64,000 nt of DNA from positions 1-64,000 of the IMG/VR virus record IMGVR_UViG_3300035674_000001, one strand, 5' to 3'. The stretch is from a virus. Below the pieces are notes generated by a model, which saw only the letters and a list, made by a program, of their open reading frames with translations, ran no database searches and was not told where the DNA came from. Position 1 is the first letter of the stretch; every line of letters begins with the position of its first letter. A program made the translations under genes and the position numbers. Shown here in pieces: positions 1 through 9,232 of the stretch.

Positions 1-526
1 ATTCTAATGAAATAGAATCGACTTGATTAGCATCTGGTTGACTAGCTAGCTGTTGATTTTCTCCTTCTCTGCCTGTTACTCTTTCTGTTGTTTCGCTTGC
101 GTCTTTGCCTCTGGCTTCTTGAAAGCTAGCTAGTTTTTCTTTTGCTTCATCGACCATTAGCTGGTTTCTAGCTTTTTGAGCCTCAGACACATCTTGAGCA
201 TCTTGCTCTTTGTCTCTTTTCTCAATTAATAACTCAAGCTGAATGTTTAGCCTAGCTTCGTAGATTTGTAGCAAGACTTCACTGATTTCATCTTCACTGA
301 TACACCAATAGTAAGTTCCTGTTATTGGATTGTATGAGATAATGCTCCCTCCAACTGAAGGGATAATAGCTGTTTTTACTGCTTCTGCGCATTCATTAAG
401 CATTTTGACGCTAACATCTCTGCCATAGTTGGCAATTACGGCTGTTACTTTATCAAAGTAAAAGTCTGATGCTGGTTTTACTTCAAACGGCTGATTAAGA
501 ATAGTGACAAACTGAGTGGATGGCAT
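1..526 (-). CDS. hypothetical protein, N-terminal part only (runs off left edge); possibly start of a tape-measure-like gene
   Basis: Hand translation: ATG at 526-524, frame open to nt 1 (MPSTQFVTILNQPFEVKPASDFYF...IYEARLNIQLELLIEKRDKEQDAQDVSEAQKARNQLMVDEAKEKLASFQEARGK...). It is absent from the ORF track only because no stop lies in the window. The charged helical sequence and its position after the tube-like gene plus one ORF suggest the function; this is context only. Confidence 0.55.
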   Translation of the reverse strand, partial: MPSTQFVTILNQPFEVKPASDFYFDKVTAVIANYGRDVSVKMLNECAEAVKTAIIPSVGGSIISYNPITGTYYWCISEDEISEVLLQIYEARLNIQLELLIEKRDKEQDAQDVSEAQKARNQLMVDEAKEKLASFQEARGKDASETTERVTGREGENQQLASQPDANQVDSISLE

Positions 527-577
527 ATAACCAACTTGCTAATTGTATTTAAGCGTTTTACTTATGATACAGCTAAA

Positions 578-1537
578 CTAGATATCTCCAGGCTGTATTT
601 CTCTAAATCCTTGACCTAACTCACCATCATCTGTTAAGCCGAAGTCTTCATCGTCTACCAAAGAGAAGAAATCACCAGAAGGTAAACCTAACGCTGCTTG
701 AGTAGCTTTGTTTTGAGCGTCAACAGCTATCTCTTTTTGCAACCCCTGCTTAATGATTTCATTATTGTCTTGGCTAGCGCTTTGATCATCAAAATCAAGT
801 AACTTGATGGGAGTGTTGTTATTGAACTGACCAAATTCTCTAGCTAATTTCTCATCGCTCTGCATTAACTCCTGAAATGCCTGTTTAACCTCTTTGGCTT
901 CCCGCTCTTCAGGAGTTGCTAAAGCCTCGGAGATTGTTTCGTTGCGGCTCAACATTGCTTCAGACAATTCGTTCCAGGGAAGAATGCGAGTTGCTTGGAT
1001 GGTATGGTCTAGATTTTTAGAGCTTAGCCATACACTAGCAAACATGTCATTCCAGTTTGCTTGCTTACTTTTCTTTCCCGGTTTACTAGGCAAGTGTTTC
1101 AATGTAGGACTTGTTGAACGAGGGAAGTTCAACTGCATTAGAATGCCGTCTACAAGTTCGCGTTTAACTTGAACTTCTCCTGATTCGTTAGCTTGCTTAT
1201 ATGAAAACTCGAAAGGAAAAAGTAAGCATATCAACATGTTCAAATCGACTTGTGAGCTAGATATACCACACAAACTAATTGCGTACTGAGATAAGTGTTT
1301 GAATAAACTTGACTTGTGGTAAACTTCATGCGGTGTAATATCTGGCTGCTGCAATGAAAATGAGTTTGCTTCTCGCCAGAGAATATCCATGATGGCTGAT
1401 AGTTGCTTGGCGTCATCTAGTGAGCAACCACGTACCATCAAGGGATTGCCTTGTAAGTCTTCTAAGCAAATACCTAGAGGTTTGAAGACAATGTACTGAA
1501 GTCCTCCCTCTAGGTAGTTATGGTTATTGTTCTGCAA
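578..1537 (-). CDS. hypothetical virion-module protein
   Basis: 319-aa ORF (track start is TTG), co-oriented with and 61 nt downstream of 1598..2350. No recognisable motif. It sits where tail chaperone genes lie in siphovirus-type layouts (context only). Confidence 0.5.
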   Translation of the reverse strand: MQNNNHNYLEGGLQYIVFKPLGICLEDLQGNPLMVRGCSLDDAKQLSAIMDILWREANSFSLQQPDITPHEVYHKSSLFKHLSQYAISLCGISSSQVDLNMLICLLFPFEFSYKQANESGEVQVKRELVDGILMQLNFPRSTSPTLKHLPSKPGKKSKQANWNDMFASVWLSSKNLDHTIQATRILPWNELSEAMLSRNETISEALATPEEREAKEVKQAFQELMQSDEKLAREFGQFNNNTPIKLLDFDDQSASQDNNEIIKQGLQKEIAVDAQNKATQAALGLPSGDFFSLVDDEDFGLTDDGELGQGFREIQPGDI

Positions 1538-1597
1538 AACCTAATAGCAAGAATAGTATTGTTGATATTAAGTTTAGCTGATTGTAGACAGCAAGTA

Positions 1598-2350
1598 TTA
1601 TAGATCGTAGAAAATGACAGGCGATCTATAGGGTGGAGTAACCTGCAAGCGGAAAGTTAACTCGACGCTGGTTTTTTGACCACCGATAGACAAGTCCCAG
1701 TTACCCGTGCGAATCATACCTGGTACAAACACTTTCATTGGCTTGGGGAATCGGGGGCCACAGACAACACCCTTAAAGGCAACCTTACCCCAGTTAAGAT
1801 AGGTTGTCTCTAGTCCAATGCCTCGTGTTTCATCTATTAGCTTGTCATACATGATATTGACAGGCTGATTTGCTTGCGATGCATTAAACGCTACTGAGCC
1901 AGCAGCTACCGAATATTCTCCTGCTGTTGGTGCGCCTGGAACTTGCTTGAGCTGTCTAACTTGTTGTTTGCTATCTAAGATGGTGACACTAATGGCTTGG
2001 TTGGCTACTAGTCCCGGCACAGCAATTGCTAATCCTGCTGGAATAACACCATTCCACATTTCTGGCAGAACAACTGCTCGGCTGCTGGAAATCTGCTCAT
2101 CCATTAAATAAGATATGTCGTTACTATCGAAGCTCTCGATTGTCAGCGACATATTGTATTTGATTTGAGTAACTGCCGTATCGACAATTTGTAAGATATC
2201 GCAGTTCCCGTGTGGAAAAGCATTAGCATCTTCTTCGGTTTGTTCTCGACCGATCTTAAATGCTGCCGCTCTAGGTGAATACATGATCTTGCCAGCATCA
2301 GGGTTAGGAGAGATTGTTCTGATGCCGATGAGTCCGGCTCCGTTAAGCAT
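1598..2350 (-). CDS. virion structural protein, possibly major tail/tube protein
   Basis: 250-aa ORF with ATG start. Its beta-rich G/V/A/N/T composition is typical of tail tube proteins, and it lies in a minus-strand neck/tail block. Assignment rests on composition and context only. Confidence 0.35.
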   Translation of the reverse strand: MLNGAGLIGIRTISPNPDAGKIMYSPRAAAFKIGREQTEEDANAFPHGNCDILQIVDTAVTQIKYNMSLTIESFDSNDISYLMDEQISSSRAVVLPEMWNGVIPAGLAIAVPGLVANQAISVTILDSKQQVRQLKQVPGAPTAGEYSVAAGSVAFNASQANQPVNIMYDKLIDETRGIGLETTYLNWGKVAFKGVVCGPRFPKPMKVFVPGMIRTGNWDLSIGGQKTSVELTFRLQVTPPYRSPVIFYDL

Positions 2351-2470
2351 GTTGCAAGAATAAAAGGTTTCCTTTTACTGTAGAATCACGTTTAACGTTT
2401 AACTGCTATTATTAGCTTTTTGTCAAATTATCAAGTTATTACGATAGAGCAATTTGAATTAATACTTACC

Positions 2471-2499
2471 TTGACTTTTTCTAAAAGCAGGTTTAGATT
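2471..2499 (+). promoter_or_regulatory. sigma70-like promoter TTGACT-17-TAGATT (CTTGACTTT box) for the 2535..3283 cassette
   Basis: TTGACT at 2471-2476, 17-nt spacer, TAGATT at 2494-2499. It lies in the divergent spacer 2351-2534. A second box on the other strand (AAAGTCAAG, 2514-2522) faces 1598..2350. Confidence 0.45.
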
Positions 2500-2534
2500 A
2501 AAAGAGTCAAATAAAAGTCAAGTTGAGGTTAAAC

Positions 2535-2765
2535 ATGAATCTTTCTTCTGAAGTAGAAATGCAGACCTTGATAGAGCGCATTGAGTCCAGTGCTACTACA
2601 TCAGCAAAGCAAGAAGTTGCAGCAAAGATGAAAGAACTGCATGAGGCTTTTTTAAAGAAAGACAAAGCTGCAATAGCTAAAATATTGCTTGAGATTACAA
2701 CTTGCGAGTATGTTTCTTCTGATCCTCTTTTGAAGAAAATCATAGAGTCAATCCAGGTTTTCTAG
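2535..2765 (+). CDS. small acidic helical protein (unknown function)
   Basis: ATG 2535 is preceded by GAGG (2524-2527); the track start 2523 is TTG. 76 aa. The opposite-strand ORF 2507..2743 is judged a shadow. Confidence 0.55.
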   Translation: MNLSSEVEMQTLIERIESSATTSAKQEVAAKMKELHEAFLKKDKAAIAKILLEITTCEYVSSDPLLKKIIESIQVF

Positions 2766-2830
2766 AGCTAGGCTTGACTTTCATTGAGTTTTTCATTGTG
2801 TTGTTTAGTTAGTTGATTGGAGAGTACATC

Positions 2831-3028
2831 ATGAATTTAGGTAAATTGCTGCTTGGCGAAGTTTATGATGATATTACTGGAGGTGAAGAGCGACAAGAAT
2901 TGTTGAGTGAGCTTAAGCGCTTAGAGGGTGAACTAGAAAACTGGCAAAAAGCTGGTAATACTACTCAGATCACCAGAGTGTCAGGTAACATTAACCTAAT
3001 CAAGCAAAAGTTAGGAATGGAAGACTAG
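2831..3028 (+). CDS. small coiled-coil protein (unknown function)
   Basis: ATG 2831 has GGAGAG 7 nt upstream; the track start 2813 is TTG. Contains ERQELLSELKRLEGELENWQKAG. Confidence 0.6.
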   Translation: MNLGKLLLGEVYDDITGGEERQELLSELKRLEGELENWQKAGNTTQITRVSGNINLIKQKLGMED

Positions 3029-3031
3029 TTT

Positions 3032-3283
3032 GTGTGTAATCAACTAAATCAGCCGGATTACTCAGAACTAATCAAGTTATTTGAAAGGTGTGTTAAAGGA
3101 ATTGAAGAAGCTTTAACAGTACCTAATCTAGACGATGAGCTAAAAGCTTATCTTGAGAATGTAAAAGAACTGGCAACTGAACTGATTGACGCTTTGCTAG
3201 CAGATCCTAGCGTTCCTTCTGATTTTAAAGAAAAGCTGCAAAAGTCTAACGATGAAATAAAGAGGGAGCTAGATCAACAATAG
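3032..3283 (+). CDS. small acidic helical protein (unknown function)
   Basis: GTG start 4 nt after the previous stop. 83 aa, rich in D/E/K/L. Confidence 0.55.
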   Translation: MCNQLNQPDYSELIKLFERCVKGIEEALTVPNLDDELKAYLENVKELATELIDALLADPSVPSDFKEKLQKSNDEIKRELDQQ

Positions 3284-3313
3284 CGCAACTTGACTTTTGC
3301 TAGTTGTTTGTTT

Positions 3314-3350
3314 AATACTCCTCTTGCTACCAAAAAACAGGAGGAGTATT
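3314..3350. terminator. hairpin between convergent genes (putative bidirectional terminator)
   Basis: AATACTCCTC(TTG)...(CAG)GAGGAGTATT inverted repeat. The right arm overlaps the last codons and stop (3327-3329) of the minus-strand gene. T-rich sequence follows about 10 nt later on the plus strand. Confidence 0.5.
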
Positions 3351-3974
3351 ATTGTGTATGTCTTTTTCGTAGGGAACAACATATTCTCCAAAGAATATCC
3401 CAGTATACTGCTTGCTGCCACTACCTTGCGCTCCGGGTGTTTCATCTGAAGCAAAAGTATTACCACGAGGAGAGTTTTGTATTCCCATTAATGCGCTGTG
3501 CAGTTCGACATCTCTGTAAACACCTGTGATGCCAACTGGCTTAAGTAAATCTATTACGTTATCTATGTATTCTTCCCAGTCACATAATAAGCACTCAAGC
3601 TCTAGTGGTTGAGTGTCTGCAACTAGTATTCTTATTTGAACTGTAATTAACTTTTCGCGCCAGTTTAAATTGTTTAACTCTTTATCGAAATCTAATCCAT
3701 TAGTTTTAAGTATCCTTACTCCTCCTTTGGCACCCATATTAGGAGTAATTCGAGAATCATAGTATTTCCAATCAATAGCACCAAGCCTAATAGAATTAGC
3801 TTCGCTTGCTGTAATGTCAGTCCATGTTACCGGGGTATTTGTTTCTAAGTAGTTAATCAATCCACACAAAACCGCAGCAAGCCATGAGCGAGGGGGTTTG
3901 CCAGATTTACCATTGCCATTGCCGCTTGGCGTGCGTTGACGTGGTTGAATAGCAACCTGAGATGAAGTAATCAT
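3327..3974 (-). CDS. virion-module protein (unknown function)
   Basis: 215-aa ORF. Its ATG overlaps the stop of 3971..4510 (ATGA), suggesting translational coupling. Confidence 0.55.
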   Translation of the reverse strand: MITSSQVAIQPRQRTPSGNGNGKSGKPPRSWLAAVLCGLINYLETNTPVTWTDITASEANSIRLGAIDWKYYDSRITPNMGAKGGVRILKTNGLDFDKELNNLNWREKLITVQIRILVADTQPLELECLLCDWEEYIDNVIDLLKPVGITGVYRDVELHSALMGIQNSPRGNTFASDETPGAQGSGSKQYTGIFFGEYVVPYEKDIHNNTPPVFW

Positions 3975-4510
3975 TGTAATCTCAGCTCGTTAAGTTCTTT
4001 GATAATGTTTTGCTCCATTTCAGCAATGGGACTTGTGCTTTTAACGGTCAAGTCTTTATTTAATCCTAGTGGGTTATCATCATTGCGCCATCTGTTTGTG
4101 CCATGCAATCCAATGTGTCGCCTGATTGCATAGGTAGTACGTTTAAGCTCACCTTTTGTTACTTGCTTGTTTGCAAATAACTTGCTTTTAACCCAGCGCT
4201 CTAGTGGATCTTCGGGTGGCATCCCTCCGGCTGGTCTACCAAAGATTTTAGCGTAGGCATTGTCTGATTTGTTCTTGATACTAACAGCAACATCACTAGA
4301 GATTAATTGTCGTCTTGCTTGCTGAAGTACCCAATTTTCAGCTAGTGAATCCTGTGGATCGCTAACACCTCTTGGCGATAAAGCCTTCATCTTATCAATG
4401 GCTTCTTGAGCATTGCTGTTAAATATATTATTTATCTGGGTACGCATCCGCTTATCAAAATCGTACCAAGTAGTTTCTCTGTAGGTTAACTTGAGTTCAG
4501 TTTTTGTCAT
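3971..4510 (-). CDS. possible head-tail joining / tail-completion protein (HK97 gp10-like?)
   Basis: 179-aa ORF with ATG start. Size and the N-terminal pattern (...AQEAIDKMKALSPRGVSDPQDSLAENW...) are reminiscent of gp10-type neck proteins. Weak, by eye only. Confidence 0.3.
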   Translation of the reverse strand: MTKTELKLTYRETTWYDFDKRMRTQINNIFNSNAQEAIDKMKALSPRGVSDPQDSLAENWVLQQARRQLISSDVAVSIKNKSDNAYAKIFGRPAGGMPPEDPLERWVKSKLFANKQVTKGELKRTTYAIRRHIGLHGTNRWRNDDNPLGLNKDLTVKSTSPIAEMEQNIIKELNELRLQ

Positions 4511-4541
4511 ATCATTTAAGGGTGAGTTAAGTTACTTGAAG

Positions 4542-6083
4542 ATGAATTATTACTGCGGAAAGACTGGAAAAGTACCAGTATCGGGTGTTGATTTAATTAA
4601 GTCTACTGAAGGCTTTAGGCACTATGCTTATCCCGATCCTATAACAGGAAGAGAGCCAATAACAATTGGATGGGGTTTTACTAAACGGAGAGATGGTTCT
4701 AACTGGAGAATGGGAGATTATATTTCCAAGGAGGATGCCAATGAATTATTGATAGAGTTAATTGAGCGTGATTATTTACCATCATTACAAAAAATTCCAG
4801 TTTGGAATCAGCTCAACCCTAATCAACAAGGAGCATTGTTGTCATTTGCTTGGAACTTAGGAGCGGACTTTTATGGCAATTTTAATAACTTTGCTACTAT
4901 TACAAGATTGCTTGACGAAAAAGATTGGAGCAGAAATAGAGTAATTAGTACGTTTATTTTGTATCGAAACAAGGGAAGTGCTGTTGAAGAAGGTTTAAAA
5001 GCACGACGCATTGCTGAAGCTGAATTATTCTTGACTCCTTTTGTTGAACATCTAACTAACTTGCACAACTCACAGCAGCTTTCGTTAATTAGTGGTAGTG
5101 CAACTGCTAGGTTTGTTATACGAGTAACCGCCAAGCAAACATGGTTGAAATACAAGGTAGGTAGTGCTGACAGTTTGCCTGCAAGTGAAAAAGTATTGCT
5201 GTTAGAGGGTGATGAGATTGTTTGTACTACATACCAAGACGATGACAATCATATAAGAGTAATGATTGACTTGGAGGCAACTAGGCTACCTCCAAATACT
5301 GCGAGCCAAATTAACAAGCGGTTAGGCTGGTGGAGGCTGTTCAAAGAGCATGTTTTAGTTGAATCTTTATCACCCATATCACTCACAGGTTCAACATCTC
5401 TTCTGGCAGAACAAAGCAACATTAAGGTAACATCTTCAACTCGTTTATCTGGTTTATCTTTAGGTAATGGTTGGGTAAGTCAAATTGTTAAAGCTTGCTT
5501 AGAAAGAGGCGATTTACTTGACGTAGGTAAAGGCTTTTGCAATATCATCTATGTTGAAGGTGCTGACGAATATGGCAACTTAATTGCTAAAACACCAGAT
5601 GCTTGGTTTTCTCGAAGATTGATTGTAGAGATAATTGACGGAAAGCCTTTTATTAGATTGAATGCTCGTGCTAATACCTGTCCTGGTGTGTATTATGTTA
5701 AGAATCCACTAAACAGATTGGGTGGTGCTTATATTAAATTGATTCAACAGCGAGATGCTTGGGTGCTAGGAAGTCATGGAACAACGAAACGCCATCCAGC
5801 GCTTCAGCAAGTTGGAAAAATTATCATTACAAGAGACTTGAATAAAGATTTTAGTAGAATAGGAGATAAAGAATACGTAGGCAGTGAGTTTGCTATTAAT
5901 CATCATTGGGGATATGGGTTAGTTAAAGTTGGTAAAGCTAGTGCTGGGTGTCCAACTGCTCCAGATTGGAACGGACATATGAAGTTTATCAACTTACTTA
6001 AATCAGACAAGCGCATTTCAGGTTCACCCAACAGAAGATGGACTGCAACGTTTATTGATGCTAGTGAGGTCAAGAAAAAGTAG
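4542..6083 (+). CDS. endolysin: N-terminal GH24 (T4/lambda-type) lysozyme plus long C-terminal extension
   Basis: GH24 signature: LIKSTEGFRHYAYPDPITGREPITIGWGFT...NPNQQGALLSFAWNLG. ATG 4542 is preferred over the upstream TTG at 4491. About 350 further residues end in ...FAINHHWGYGLVKVGKASAGCPT. Confidence 0.8.
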   Translation: MNYYCGKTGKVPVSGVDLIKSTEGFRHYAYPDPITGREPITIGWGFTKRRDGSNWRMGDYISKEDANELLIELIERDYLPSLQKIPVWNQLNPNQQGALLSFAWNLGADFYGNFNNFATITRLLDEKDWSRNRVISTFILYRNKGSAVEEGLKARRIAEAELFLTPFVEHLTNLHNSQQLSLISGSATARFVIRVTAKQTWLKYKVGSADSLPASEKVLLLEGDEIVCTTYQDDDNHIRVMIDLEATRLPPNTASQINKRLGWWRLFKEHVLVESLSPISLTGSTSLLAEQSNIKVTSSTRLSGLSLGNGWVSQIVKACLERGDLLDVGKGFCNIIYVEGADEYGNLIAKTPDAWFSRRLIVEIIDGKPFIRLNARANTCPGVYYVKNPLNRLGGAYIKLIQQRDAWVLGSHGTTKRHPALQQVGKIIITRDLNKDFSRIGDKEYVGSEFAINHHWGYGLVKVGKASAGCPTAPDWNGHMKFINLLKSDKRISGSPNRRWTATFIDASEVKKK

Positions 6084-6652
6084 TGCTGTTATTAACAGTT
6101 ATAGACAAAGCTTTATTTTGTGCTGACATTGATCAAGATGGACAGATTGAGTATTCTGAATGTGTAGAAGTATCTGGTCAAATGCTTCTACACGATTACT
6201 GTGAAGCGTCGCCAGGGTGGTATCAGGTAAGTCTGTTTAGACCTATAGGTGATAAAAACTTGTGGCTTGTTCGCTCTTCTGAAGTGAGTATTAAAGAATT
6301 TATAGGTTCTACTGAAATGGAAAATAATCCCTTAGAATCAGCAATTGCTAACTGTAGGCAATTAATGGAATTTGCAATTAAATCTGGTTTTGATTTGCCT
6401 ATTCGTAGAAAGATTTTAGAATATGAAGAGTTTCTAACCCGACTTACTCAAGGTGTTGATCGGCAAGATCGGGAAGTTACTAGTTTTAATTCAATTACTA
6501 ATTTACCAAGCGCTACTGTAAATCCTATTGATTTAGGTAATTTACCGGGTGCTTTTGATCGCTGGAAACAAGAACATGAAGCAGCAGAGATTTTGGATAC
6601 TTTAAGCAAGAGAAAACAGTTTCAGTCTAGCGACAAAAATGATGAGGCGTGA
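6083..6652 (+). CDS. hypothetical protein in lysis cassette
   Basis: GTG start overlapping the endolysin stop (TAGTG). 189 aa, soluble. Confidence 0.5.
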   Translation: MLLLTVIDKALFCADIDQDGQIEYSECVEVSGQMLLHDYCEASPGWYQVSLFRPIGDKNLWLVRSSEVSIKEFIGSTEMENNPLESAIANCRQLMEFAIKSGFDLPIRRKILEYEEFLTRLTQGVDRQDREVTSFNSITNLPSATVNPIDLGNLPGAFDRWKQEHEAAEILDTLSKRKQFQSSDKNDEA

Positions 6653-7046
6653 GCGCAATAAACAACCTACTAGATTAATACGGCTTAACACGGCGAATGT
6701 TGCTGTTGTTGCTTTAATACTGCTTGAGATATTTGGTTTGATCCTTACGTTATTTGTAGGTTGGTGGGTTAGGCATGAACCTAACTTGCTAATCGATGTA
6801 TTTCAAACCTATATGTCTACTTTGCTGCTTACTGCTATTGGCGGCTTATTAGGCTGGCTTAGAGGTGAAGACTCATTACCTCAGATTAACGCTCAACGCA
6901 TATCAACTTTAGAGCAGAGTCAATCTGGAAATACTCCGGATATGGCGGTAACCCATACAATACAGAAGACTATTACTGTGGATAATGTTGATAGTAGTAT
7001 TAACAGTGATACCGCACCCGACATTGAATTGAATGATCCCGAATAA
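6639..7046 (+). CDS. two-TM membrane protein, holin candidate
   Basis: Two hydrophobic helices (VAVVALILLEIFGLILTLFVGWWV and MSTLLLTAIGGLLGWL) followed by a polar tail. It is adjacent to the endolysin. Function is inferred from context. Confidence 0.35.
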   Translation: MMRRERNKQPTRLIRLNTANVAVVALILLEIFGLILTLFVGWWVRHEPNLLIDVFQTYMSTLLLTAIGGLLGWLRGEDSLPQINAQRISTLEQSQSGNTPDMAVTHTIQKTITVDNVDSSINSDTAPDIELNDPE

Positions 7047-7051
7047 AAAAC

Positions 7052-7357
7052 ATGAGTGGAATTGCGGAAGATAACATTAAGTGTCTACTGCTTACAACTA
7101 AAAACATTAAAAGTGAGAGTAGTTTGAAAGAAGGACAAAGGTTGGGTATACAAACTATGATTCAAAAACAAGAATGCAAGCAAGAAGAAAAAGCTGGCAA
7201 CAAAATTCATTTTGTAGGTTATCCGTGCAAAGTTGATACTCGCTTGCCTTTTAAGAGCGTTATGCTTACAAGTAACACTGATCCAAATAGTGTTACTTGT
7301 AAAGCATGTATATCTGTTTGTACAAAAATAGCTACCGCATGGCAATGCAAAATTTAA
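7052..7357 (+). CDS. hypothetical Cys-containing small protein
   Basis: 101-aa ORF with ATG start. The antisense ORF 7085..7345 has implausible composition. Confidence 0.45.
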   Translation: MSGIAEDNIKCLLLTTKNIKSESSLKEGQRLGIQTMIQKQECKQEEKAGNKIHFVGYPCKVDTRLPFKSVMLTSNTDPNSVTCKACISVCTKIATAWQCKI

Positions 7358-7381
7358 TCTTAGCTATTGCAGCCATCCAGC

Positions 7382-7624
7382 ATGAAAAATAGAGAGAGTG
7401 AAGAAAGCAATGTCAAGATACCTACTGCTTACAACCAAAAAACACTAGAGGTGCTTTGGGGTATTTCAATAATATTAAAATACGATCCCTTTGTAAAAAT
7501 AAGAGTGGCTCAGAATATTATTTATTTTGGAGCCTATAACACAAAAGAGCTAATGTCTGAGAATGAACAAATTAGCATGGAATCGTGGGGATGGCAAAAG
7601 AAAGACAAAAAACTGGGTATATAG
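7382..7624 (+). CDS. hypothetical small protein
   Basis: ATG 7382 (the track start 7367 is TTG). 80 aa. Confidence 0.45.
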   Translation: MKNRESEESNVKIPTAYNQKTLEVLWGISIILKYDPFVKIRVAQNIIYFGAYNTKELMSENEQISMESWGWQKKDKKLGI

Positions 7625-7688
7625 GCTATAAAAACTAAAAAGCGGTCATTTCTTGCAGATCTTGTAAAACATTTGCATAATTAACACC

Positions 7689-7718
7689 TAACATACTTAA
7701 TTGACAAACTAAGTATGT
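7689..7718 (+). terminator. hairpin after the plus-strand lysis cassette
   Basis: AACATACTTA-10 nt-TAAGTATGTT, 65 nt after the stop at 7624. Confidence 0.5.
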
Positions 7719-7756
7719 TAAATATTTTGATAAAAGTCAAGCTGTTGATTTAAAGC

Positions 7757-7779
7757 ACTTAAGCAAGCAAGTTGCTTAA
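7757..7779 (-). terminator. hairpin after the minus-strand tail block
   Basis: CTTAAGCAA-GCAAG-TTGCTTAAG, immediately downstream (minus sense) of the stop at 7784. Confidence 0.5.
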
Positions 7780-7783
7780 GCCT

Positions 7784-8197
7784 TCAGTTGCCTAATATAA
7801 CAATCCACGAGAAGTCTTCCATTGGACTAGTTTGGATTTTCATGACTTCAAATGGATAAAAAGTTTCACCGTCATCAAAAGACAGCTCCCAGTCGCGTTG
7901 AGGATCAATAAGCTTGTTGTAATTCTCGTGTTGAATAATTCTTACCTTGTAAAGAGTGGTTTTATCTTGAAAGTTAGGAAATTCTCTGAGGCTGTCATCA
8001 ATAGAGAGTTGCTGAATCTTAGGATTGCTATATCTTAGTTGACCTTTTGAGTCAGTCATTTGTTGTCCATTGATATCAAGCACTGGCTGAATGATTAGCT
8101 CGCCATCTATATGAAGTTGATAGTGACGATTCCAGCCAATACCATCAACAAAGCTAATAATGCTTCGAGCTAGATTTCCGGGAACGATATGACTCAT
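7784..8197 (-). CDS. virion-module protein (unknown function)
   Basis: 137-aa ORF. ATGA overlap with 8194..8460. Last gene of the operon 12080-7784. Confidence 0.55.
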   Translation of the reverse strand: MSHIVPGNLARSIISFVDGIGWNRHYQLHIDGELIIQPVLDINGQQMTDSKGQLRYSNPKIQQLSIDDSLREFPNFQDKTTLYKVRIIQHENYNKLIDPQRDWELSFDDGETFYPFEVMKIQTSPMEDFSWIVILGN

Positions 8198-8460
8198 TTG
8201 TTTTTAGACTCTGTGTATACAGATCCTCCGCAGTTAGTCGCTGATGGTAGTGTTGCACCATACGGCACGCCTCCGGCATTACTTAAGTTAATAACTTGTC
8301 CACTGCCACCATTAGAAAAAACACTAAATTCTTTGCCTGTTGCTGGATCTCTTTTTCCTTGCATTGTAGGCTGACAACTTGTTTTCTTTTGGGTTAACTT
8401 CATGTAACTACCCAAATTCTGAAGCTGGGATATTTGATTAAGTTCTCTCGCTGTTGCCAT
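8194..8460 (-). CDS. small virion-module protein
   Basis: 88 aa, G/S/T-rich. Start and stop abut neighbouring genes. Confidence 0.5.
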   Translation of the reverse strand: MATARELNQISQLQNLGSYMKLTQKKTSCQPTMQGKRDPATGKEFSVFSNGGSGQVINLSNAGGVPYGATLPSATNCGGSVYTESKNK

Positions 8461-9170
8461 TAAAATGTATACCTGATTCTAACTTGATAGCTTCCGTCTA
8501 ATGTGTTGCGCCTGAATATTTGAGGTGTAACTAGATCTATAAAGCTATCTATACTTCCTGCTACATTTTTAGCTATAGCATTTCCATTTTTAATAAAAGC
8601 TAAATACCTTATGTTGTTTAGATCTGCATTCGTTGGATACCAGCTTACAATTCTAGGTACACTAGCAGTAAAGTTTTCGATTGCATTATAAGAGCTAGCG
8701 CCGAATGTTACTGGTTGTCTACTTGATCCTTGGTAGTTTGCTAGTTCATGTCGAATCCAAACCCCCATGTCTCCATCATCTTTACCAAGTGGTTGTTCTG
8801 TTACAACAACTCCTCCAGTGCCTTGAGTAGTAATATCTATAGCCGATCCTGCTGCCGATGGCGTAGTTTTAGTTAGACTCAAAGAAAACTGAGTGGTTGA
8901 TGGCGAAAATACAAAATAAATTGTATCTGCTGGATTACTATTGAATGGCTCTGGTAAAACTCCACCAGCGGCAGCAGATAGTCTAACCCGCATATTAGCA
9001 GGAAAATCATTAGCTATAACAAATGTATTAGCAGAAACGTTAACACTTGCTTGAGGTACTGTTATTTGACTTAGTGCTGCATCTATCAGAGCAACATTAA
9101 ATATGTTTGTTCCATAAAGCAAGTCTAGATTACGAGTTTGCGCATCAACGGGATAAAGTAAATCTGGCAT
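8460..9170 (-). CDS. tail fibre/tip-like structural protein
   Basis: 236 aa. Beta-rich, low-charge N/S/T/V/A composition. Lies in the tail operon. Context only. Confidence 0.4.
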   Translation of the reverse strand: MPDLLYPVDAQTRNLDLLYGTNIFNVALIDAALSQITVPQASVNVSANTFVIANDFPANMRVRLSAAAGGVLPEPFNSNPADTIYFVFSPSTTQFSLSLTKTTPSAAGSAIDITTQGTGGVVVTEQPLGKDDGDMGVWIRHELANYQGSSRQPVTFGASSYNAIENFTASVPRIVSWYPTNADLNNIRYLAFIKNGNAIAKNVAGSIDSFIDLVTPQIFRRNTLDGSYQVRIRYTF

Positions 9171-9232
9171 TGTTTTAATTAACTAGCTGAGCTGAAGTTT
9201 TTGTATTTTAACTTGTTGCAAGCTGATATGAA

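Noticed and set aside
2507-3529. Minus-strand ORF 2507..2743, and ORFs 3269..3466(-) and 3290..3529(+) spanning the hairpin region.
   Set aside because: 2507..2743 mirrors the plus-strand gene, which has an RBS and a promoter. The other two run through the terminator hairpin and overlap the well-supported 3327..3974 gene, with odd composition.
7085-7345. Minus-strand ORF 7085..7345, which could have explained the leftward-pointing box at 7732.
   Set aside because: F/C/T-rich, implausible protein with no RBS. The plus-strand ORFs 7052..7357 and 7382..7624 look more protein-like. The box is therefore treated as antisense-oriented rather than as this ORF's promoter.
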